A stretch of 64,000 bases of DNA from Acidimicrobiales bacterium (lineage in GTDB: Bacteria; Actinomycetota; Acidimicrobiia; Acidimicrobiales; Acidimicrobilacustridaceae). The notes beneath the pieces are model-generated. The model searched no databases, was not told the origin of the DNA, and worked only from the letters and a program-made list of their open reading frames with translations. This document shows positions 57,890-64,000 of this stretch, one piece after another. The DNA lies in contig JAURMR010000042.1 of assembly GCA_030830565.1 (NCBI GenBank), forward strand, positions 34,072 to 98,071. The letters are read 5' to 3'. The position numbers were made by a program, and so were the translations under genes. The first letter of the stretch is position 1. Every line of letters starts with the position of its first letter.

Positions 57890-59332
57890 ATGGGAGCCCC
57901 TGTGACTGAGAATGAACTGACCGATCACCACCCATGGAGCCATACCTGGCTTGGGACTGATCGATTTTTGGCTCGGCGTTTCGCCCGGCCGGCGGCGCGC
58001 TTCCTTGCCATCGAAGCGGCGAGCGGCATCCTGCTCCTGATCGCAACGGTGCTCGCCCTCATCTGGGCGAATTCACCTTGGAAAGACTCCTACGCCTCGT
58101 TCCTGAACGCCGACATTGTTCTTGATGCAGGTCCGATCGGTTTCCATCTGACGGTTCAGGAATTCGTCAACGACGCGCTCATGGCGCTCTTCTTCTTTGT
58201 CGCTGGTCTCGAAATCAAGCGAGAGCTGGTGAAAGGTGAACTGCGCGATCGAAAAGCTGCTGCACTCCCGATCATCGCGGCATTAGGCGGAATGGTCCTT
58301 CCTGCGTTGATCTATTTCGCGTTGAATGCGGGGTCAGCGTCATCGGGTGGTTGGGGCATTCCAATGGCTACCGATATCGCGTTCGCAGTCGGCATCGTGT
58401 CGCTCCTTGGCAACCGAGTACCTGCGGCCCTCAAGTTGTTCTTGCTCACACTTGCGGTCGCCGATGACCTCGGAGCGATTGGTGTGATCGCAATTTTCTA
58501 TAGCAAGTCGGTCAGCTTTTCGTGGCTGGGAGCGGCGTGCGCCCTGTTATTTGTTGTGTGGCTAATGCGGCGTCGAAAGGTTTGGTACGGACCGATCTAT
58601 CTCGCAATCGGAATTGTTGTTTGGTACTGCATGCTGAAGTCGGGTGTCCATGCGACTGTTGCCGGTGTAGCGATGGGCTTTCTCACTCCGACTGATGCAT
58701 TGCGACCCGACCTTGATACCGAAGCGATCGCCGATCGTCTCGAGAACCAACCAGAACTCACTGCCGCCGACGTTGCTGCGGCCTCATTCCTTATCAACGA
58801 ATCTGTGCCGGTTGGTGAACGACTTGTCGATCGGATGTTGCCGTGGACGAGTTATGTGATTATCCCGATTTTTGCATTGTGTAATGCCGGAATTCTTCTG
58901 ACATCGGAATCGATGCGCGCGGCGGCTGGATCAACCGTGACATGGGGCGTTGCACTCGGCCTCGTCGTCGGTAAGACAGTCGGTGTTTTCGGGGCAGCGA
59001 CAATTGCGATAGCAATCGGCGTTGCTCGACGTCCACGGGGAGCCACCAATCTCCACATGATTGGTATCGCGATGGCCGCCGGTATTGGATTCACCGTTGC
59101 GTTGTTCGTGACGGGGTTGGCGTTTACTGATCCGCTGTTTACCGAAGAGGCAAAGGTCGGAATTCTTGCGGCATCAGCAGTCGCTGCGATTCTTTCGGGG
59201 CTGATACTCAGAGCAGCTGCTCGCAGATCAAGTGCAACCGAGCTCGCCCTTGAGGCGCAGGAAAACGCTGAACTTTTCGGGGAAATTCAACCGTCTGCGG
59301 TAATCGACGACAGCGGAAAGCGTTACCGCTAA
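57890..59332 (+). CDS. nhaA: Na+/H+ antiporter NhaA
   Basis: [33 protein letters not shown]. Confidence 0.95.
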   Translation: MGAPVTENELTDHHPWSHTWLGTDRFLARRFARPAARFLAIEAASGILLLIATVLALIWANSPWKDSYASFLNADIVLDAGPIGFHLTVQEFVNDALMALFFFVAGLEIKRELVKGELRDRKAAALPIIAALGGMVLPALIYFALNAGSASSGGWGIPMATDIAFAVGIVSLLGNRVPAALKLFLLTLAVADDLGAIGVIAIFYSKSVSFSWLGAACALLFVVWLMRRRKVWYGPIYLAIGIVVWYCMLKSGVHATVAGVAMGFLTPTDALRPDLDTEAIADRLENQPELTAADVAAASFLINESVPVGERLVDRMLPWTSYVIIPIFALCNAGILLTSESMRAAAGSTVTWGVALGLVVGKTVGVFGAATIAIAIGVARRPRGATNLHMIGIAMAAGIGFTVALFVTGLAFTDPLFTEEAKVGILAASAVAAILSGLILRAAARRSSATELALEAQENAELFGEIQPSAVIDDSGKRYR

Positions 59333-60585
59333 CGGGCGACGCCGATATCACCCGAAGTGGTTGTGGAGTTGCCAGCATCGGTGTAGCGGCCCAGCTCGCG
59401 ACGTGCGAGTTGCATGCGATGTACTTCGTCAGGACCATCAGCGAATCGAAGCGTGCGCAGGCCCGCCCACATTCCCGCCAACGGGAAGTCTTGTGAAACG
59501 CCACCGCCTCCGTGTGCCTGAATAGCGCGATCGACAACAGCGAGTGCGACATTTGGGGCGACGACTTTGATAGCGGAGATTTCGGTTCGCGCGCCTTTGT
59601 TGCCGACAGTATCCATGAGCCAAGCGGCCTTCATCGTGAGCAAACGAGCTTGTTCAATCTCAATGCGCGAATCGGCGATCCATTCCTGAATCACACCTTG
59701 CTGAGCAAGTGGTTTGCCGAACGCAACGCGTTCGGTGACGCGACGACACATGAGTTCAAGCGCTCGTTCGGCCATGCCGATACAACGCATGCAGTGATGA
59801 ATTCGACCAGGACCAAGTCGAGCTTGGGCGAGTGCGAAACCGCTTCCTTCCTCACCGAGAAGATTTGAAACGGGAACACGAACATTGTCGAAACGAAGTT
59901 CGCAATGTCCTTCGCGGTCGTTGTAACCGAACACCATGAGATCGCGAACAACAGTGAGTCCAGGTGTATCCATTGGGACAAGCACCATTGACTGTTGTGT
60001 GTAGGTGGGTGCCGAAGGATCGGTCTTCCCCATAACTATCGCAACCCGACAGCGCGGATTCGCAGCCCCAGAAATCCACCATTTACGGCCATTTAGAACG
60101 TATTCATCGCCTTCGCGAACGATGCTGAGGCTGATGTTTCGCGCATCGCTTGATGCGACATCGGGTTCGGTCATCGCGAAGCACGAACGAATTTCACCTT
60201 CAAGCAACGGAACGAGCCAACGATCTTTCTGTTCTGGAGTTCCGAACAGCGCAAGGATTTCCATATTGCCGGTATCGGGTGCAGCGGAGTTCACCGATTC
60301 AGGTCCGAGTGGACTGCGACCGGTGATTTCCGCAAGCGGCGCGTAGTCAACGTTTGAAACCGGTTCCGGTGTCCACTCGGTGACATGCGGCATGAACAGA
60401 TTCCAGAGGCCGCGCTTCTTCGCTTCGGCTTTGAGGTCTTCCATGACATGGGGATGGAAGTGTGGGTCTCCCGATGCGCGCATTTCCTCGGCGAAAACGG
60501 GTTCGGCCGGGATCACAACTTCTTCCATAAACGCGAGGAGGCGTTGTTGCAGATCCGCAGCACGAGGGCTGAGTGCAAAGTCCAT
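59329..60585 (-). CDS. Acyl-CoA dehydrogenase (FadE2-like)
   Basis: [38 protein letters not shown]. Confidence 0.93.
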   Translation of the reverse strand: MDFALSPRAADLQQRLLAFMEEVVIPAEPVFAEEMRASGDPHFHPHVMEDLKAEAKKRGLWNLFMPHVTEWTPEPVSNVDYAPLAEITGRSPLGPESVNSAAPDTGNMEILALFGTPEQKDRWLVPLLEGEIRSCFAMTEPDVASSDARNISLSIVREGDEYVLNGRKWWISGAANPRCRVAIVMGKTDPSAPTYTQQSMVLVPMDTPGLTVVRDLMVFGYNDREGHCELRFDNVRVPVSNLLGEEGSGFALAQARLGPGRIHHCMRCIGMAERALELMCRRVTERVAFGKPLAQQGVIQEWIADSRIEIEQARLLTMKAAWLMDTVGNKGARTEISAIKVVAPNVALAVVDRAIQAHGGGGVSQDFPLAGMWAGLRTLRFADGPDEVHRMQLARRELGRYTDAGNSTTTSGDIGVAR

Positions 60586-60995
60586 CAGGAGCCTGCTCTT
60601 CCGTAGTCGTCTTCGTAGCGAACGATGTCGTCCTCACCGAAATAACTGCCGGTCTGCACTTCAATGAACACCACTGGAGTGGTGCTGTCGTTGCGAACTC
60701 GGTGTTTGGTGTGGACGGGAATTTCGATGGTGCGACCGGCAGGTACGGAATGGTCGACATCGTCGAGCGTGACGATCGCGGTTCCTTCGACGACGATCCA
60801 GTGTTCGGAGCGTTTGTCGTGAGATTGGTAGGACAGGCGCTGACCCGGCTCAACCGTGATCCGCTTGACCTTTGCCGCGGGTCCGTCGTCGAGGATCACG
60901 AACTCACCCCAGGGGCGGCGTTCGCCCGACCCGGCCTCCCCGAGGGGGCGAAGGGTGTCGTCGTTCGAAGAGGGGTTTTCCGCTGCAGGTGTCAC
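60585..60995 (-). CDS. Cupin, mannose-6-phosphate isomerase type II C-terminal domain
   Basis: [32 protein letters not shown]. Confidence 0.9.
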   Translation of the reverse strand: MTPAAENPSSNDDTLRPLGEAGSGERRPWGEFVILDDGPAAKVKRITVEPGQRLSYQSHDKRSEHWIVVEGTAIVTLDDVDHSVPAGRTIEIPVHTKHRVRNDSTTPVVFIEVQTGSYFGEDDIVRYEDDYGRAGS

Positions 60996-61041
60996 GGGCC
61001 GAGTATGGCCGAAATGCCCGGTCAGGACAGTGAAACCGGGT

Positions 61042-61050
61042 TGTGGATAA
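61042..61050 (-). promoter_or_regulatory. Perfect DnaA box
   Basis: TGTGGATAA, the reverse complement of TTATCCACA. Confidence 0.55.
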
Positions 61051-61057
61051 GAAAAAT

Positions 61058-61082
61058 CGGGGACCCCCTAAGGGGGTCCCCG
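61058..61082. repeat. 11-bp perfect inverted repeat upstream of topA
   Basis: CGGGGACCCCC-TAA-GGGGGTCCCCG. Confidence 0.85.
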
Positions 61083-61106
61083 GGACCTTGGTTCCAAAGA
61101 CTGTGA

Positions 61107-61136
61107 TTGACAGAGCCGCCAAACGGGTCTCATTGT
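61107..61136 (+). promoter_or_regulatory. Putative topA promoter
   Basis: TTGACA-N18-CATTGT, 8 nt before ATG. Confidence 0.6.
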
Positions 61137-61144
61137 GTCCACCC

Positions 61145-63979
61145 ATGGCCGGTCCCCTCGTCATCGTCGAGTCGCCCACGAAGGCGAAGAAGATCACCGA
61201 ATTCCTCCGTGGTGAGGACACCGGTGGCGCTTCGCCGACCGTTATTGCGTCTGTTGGCCACATCCGAGATCTCGTTTCTAAAGCGAAAGAGCTTCCCGAG
61301 GGCAAGCAGAAGGAATGGTGGTCGTACCTGGGCATCGATCCAGACGACGACTTCAAGCCCTATTACAAGGTGTACGACAAGAAGAAGGACACGGTCGCTG
61401 AACTTCGTCGTGCATTGAAGAATGCAGATTCGCTCTATCTCGCAACCGATGAGGATCGCGAAGGCGAAGCGATCGCGTGGCATTTGCTTCAAGTGCTGAA
61501 GCCACCGAAGGACATGCCTGTTCATCGCATGGTGTTCCACGAAATCACTGCACCTGCGATTCGTGAAGCGTTCGCCAATCCGCGAGAGCTTGATCAATTG
61601 CTTGTTGATGCTCAGGAAACGCGTCGACTTCTTGATCGTCTCGCTGGTTATGACCTTTCGCAGGTTCTTTGGAAGAAGGTCAACCGCGGTTTGTCAGCAG
61701 GTCGCGTGCAGAGTGTTGCGACTCGACTTGTTGTTGAACGTGAGCGCGAAATCATGGCGTTCGTCTCTGCCGACTGGTGGGACATCAAAGGTGTCTTTGC
61801 TGCGTCATCGGAACCGATTCCGTTCGGCGCAAAGCTCATCTCACTCGATGGTGTGCGCGTTGCAACCGGAAATGATTTCAACGACGACGGCGCGTTGACT
61901 CGCGACGATCGCATCATCCTTAACGAAGAAGCCGTGACCTCACTTGCTTCGGAGTTGCAGGCTGCGCCGTTCTCCGTTCGCAGTGTTGAGTCCAAGCCCT
62001 ATCGCAAGCGCCCGTTCGCTCCGTTTACAACCTCGACACTGCAACAGGTTGCTGGTCGTCGTTTGAAGGTGTCGGCCAAGCAAGTTATGTCGATGGCCCA
62101 AAGCCTGTATCAGCAGGGCTACATCACCTATATGCGAACGGATTCGACGAGTCTTTCTGCTGCTGCGGTGGCTGCTGCGAAGAATGAAATCACCGAGCGT
62201 TACGGCGCTTCTGCAATCGAAGGTAAGCCGCGCACGTGGGGCAAGAAGGCTGCGAATGCGCAAGAAGCGCACGAAGCGATTCGCCCCGCTGGCGATCGTT
62301 TCCGTCGCCCTGAAGAGGTTCGTAACGAAGTTCCGCCTGGCGAAGCCCGTCTGTACGAAATCATCTGGCAGCGCACCGTTGCCTCGCAGATGATTGATGC
62401 CATCGGTGAAACCGTCACTGTTCGCCTTGGTGCGCTCACCGCAAATAATCGTGACGCTGAGTTCTCGGCCGCTGGAACCGTCATTACTGAACGCGGTTGG
62501 ATGCAGGTCGAAGACTGGCGAACCGACGACACGGATTCGGAAAACGACGACGACACCGAACGCCGACTTCCACAGCTGAAGGTGGGCGATGGTCTTGACG
62601 CAACCGAGATCACTCCCGAAGGACATTCCACAAAACCGCCAGCGCGTTTCACCGAGGCATCGCTTGTCGGAAAGATGGAAGAACTGGGTGTTGGTCGTCC
62701 ATCGACATACGCATCGATCATGGAAACCATCCAAGGCCGTGGCTATGTGTGGAAGAAAGGTTCGGCGCTCGTTCCCAGTTGGAACGCATTCGCTGTCACC
62801 ACGCTGCTTGAACAGCACTTCGCCGAACTCGTCGATTACGACTTCACCGCCAACCTTGAAGCAATTCTCGATCGCATTTCCAACGGCGACGCGAACAGTG
62901 TTGAAACACTTGCCGAGTTCTATTTCGGGCCGATGGTTGATGGCACCCGTAAAGACGGTCTGCGCGATCTCGTTACCGAACGCCTTCCGGAAATCGATGC
63001 TGCCGCAATCAATACGTTCTTGTTGGGCGACGATCCCAATGGCATGCCCGTTATCGCCAAGCCCGGAAAGTTTGGGCCGTATGTGCAGCGCGGCGACGAC
63101 ACCGCGTCGGTTCCCGACAATCTGCCACCGGCCGATCTCACGGTTGCGGTTGCACTTGAACTGCTCGCAATGCCCAAAGGCGGCAAGCCCATTGGTGAAG
63201 ATCCGGAAACCGGTCTTACCGTTTTTGTGATGAGCGGTCGATTCGGCCCTTACGTGCAGCTTGGTGAACTCGAAGATGATCCCGACGGAAAACCACGTCG
63301 CGCGTCGTTGTTTAAGTCGATGGACCCGTATGAGGTCACACTCGAACAAGGTCTTGAGTTGCTTTCGTTCCCGAAAGTGCTCGGTAACGATCCTGAAACC
63401 GGCAAAGTCATTCGGGCTCAGAACGGCAAGTTCGGTCCGTATCTGACCAAGGGCGATGAAGGCGACGCCGAGAAGCCTGAGACCCGGAGTCTTGATTCAG
63501 AAGAGCAACTGCTCGCTATCACCTTCGACGATGCCCTCGCTCTTTTCGCCGAGCCTCGCCGATTCGGCAAGCGCACCCCCAAGCCGCCTCTTGCTGATCT
63601 CGGCGTCGATCCGGCTTCGGGTCGGCCGATGTTGATCAAGGACGGAAAGTTCGGCCCCTACGTCACCGATGGCGAAACCAATGCCTCGCTTCGGGTGGGC
63701 GATGTTCCTGAAACCCTGAGCCCTGAGCGTGGCGCCGAGTTACTTCAGGCCCGCCGGGACTACATCGCCGAAAATGGTGGCCCGGTTGCGAAGAAGGCGG
63801 CCAAGAAGGCCACGAAGAAGAAGGCCACGGCCAAGAAAAGCGCCAAGGCTGGGGCGAAGAAACCCAGTCCTCTGACCGCCCACACTGTGGGCGCGGGCCA
63901 GTCGAAGGCGGCCAAGAAGGCGGCGAGCCGCTCGAATGTCGTGAAGTCCGACTCCCAGATCCTCGATACCGACCGCTGA
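61145..63979 (+). CDS. topA: DNA topoisomerase I (actinobacterial type, Lys/Ala-rich tail)
   Basis: IVESPTK, ATDEDREGE, SAGRVQS, GYITYMRTDS, GKFGPY repeats, AKKA tail. Confidence 0.98.
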   Translation: MAGPLVIVESPTKAKKITEFLRGEDTGGASPTVIASVGHIRDLVSKAKELPEGKQKEWWSYLGIDPDDDFKPYYKVYDKKKDTVAELRRALKNADSLYLATDEDREGEAIAWHLLQVLKPPKDMPVHRMVFHEITAPAIREAFANPRELDQLLVDAQETRRLLDRLAGYDLSQVLWKKVNRGLSAGRVQSVATRLVVEREREIMAFVSADWWDIKGVFAASSEPIPFGAKLISLDGVRVATGNDFNDDGALTRDDRIILNEEAVTSLASELQAAPFSVRSVESKPYRKRPFAPFTTSTLQQVAGRRLKVSAKQVMSMAQSLYQQGYITYMRTDSTSLSAAAVAAAKNEITERYGASAIEGKPRTWGKKAANAQEAHEAIRPAGDRFRRPEEVRNEVPPGEARLYEIIWQRTVASQMIDAIGETVTVRLGALTANNRDAEFSAAGTVITERGWMQVEDWRTDDTDSENDDDTERRLPQLKVGDGLDATEITPEGHSTKPPARFTEASLVGKMEELGVGRPSTYASIMETIQGRGYVWKKGSALVPSWNAFAVTTLLEQHFAELVDYDFTANLEAILDRISNGDANSVETLAEFYFGPMVDGTRKDGLRDLVTERLPEIDAAAINTFLLGDDPNGMPVIAKPGKFGPYVQRGDDTASVPDNLPPADLTVAVALELLAMPKGGKPIGEDPETGLTVFVMSGRFGPYVQLGELEDDPDGKPRRASLFKSMDPYEVTLEQGLELLSFPKVLGNDPETGKVIRAQNGKFGPYLTKGDEGDAEKPETRSLDSEEQLLAITFDDALALFAEPRRFGKRTPKPPLADLGVDPASGRPMLIKDGKFGPYVTDGETNASLRVGDVPETLSPERGAELLQARRDYIAENGGPVAKKAAKKATKKKATAKKSAKAGAKKPSPLTAHTVGAGQSKAAKKAASRSNVVKSDSQILDTDR

Positions 63980-64000
63980 CCCTCTTCGGGGAGGTGCTCT

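Noticed and set aside
61042-61050. Replication origin
   Set aside because: Only one DnaA box, with no dnaA/dnaN or AT-rich unwinding element
61940-63349. 469-aa minus-strand ORF
   Set aside because: Antisense shadow of topA, typical of high-GC codon bias
63787-63925. AAGAAGGC-type repeats as a DNA repeat element
   Set aside because: They encode the known Lys/Ala-rich tail of actinobacterial TopA
1-64000. CRISPR array, IS, prophage or defence system
   Set aside because: No repeat-spacer array, transposase, integrase or recognisable defence gene seen

Overview
A 64-kb, roughly 60% GC chromosomal segment of an actinobacterium, most likely class Acidimicrobiia (inferred from gene content and synteny). 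It is mostly core genes: purL-purF-purM-pyrE, malic enzyme, a tRNA-Glu/Asp/Phe cluster, clpS, heme A/O synthases, a caa3-type cytochrome c oxidase operon, a GAF-ANTAR gene pair, serS, two Fluc channels, pdxH, ccdA/tlpA, whiB7 with its uORF attenuator, mrp/erpA, a glnR-glnA2-glnA-glnE-nadE nitrogen cluster, a sigma-70 factor, a Tad/Flp pilus locus, a DUF1998 helicase, nhaA and topA. I saw no IS, prophage or CRISPR array. The most striking observation is an intact three-gene 'pseudo-oxidase' module (12600-15622) between ctaB and the real oxidase operon. It encodes a full-length subunit I paralogue lacking all six heme/CuB histidines and both proton channels, a degenerate subunit III paralogue, and a CtaF-like membrane protein. 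Other oddities are a shrunken 2Fe-2S/molybdoenzyme fusion, a GlnR with Cys at the receiver Asp position, a BldG-like STAS protein lacking its phospho-Ser, a tRNA-Phe with A54, small unannotated ORFs, and many apparently leaderless genes. All calls come from reading motifs by eye; no database searches were run.
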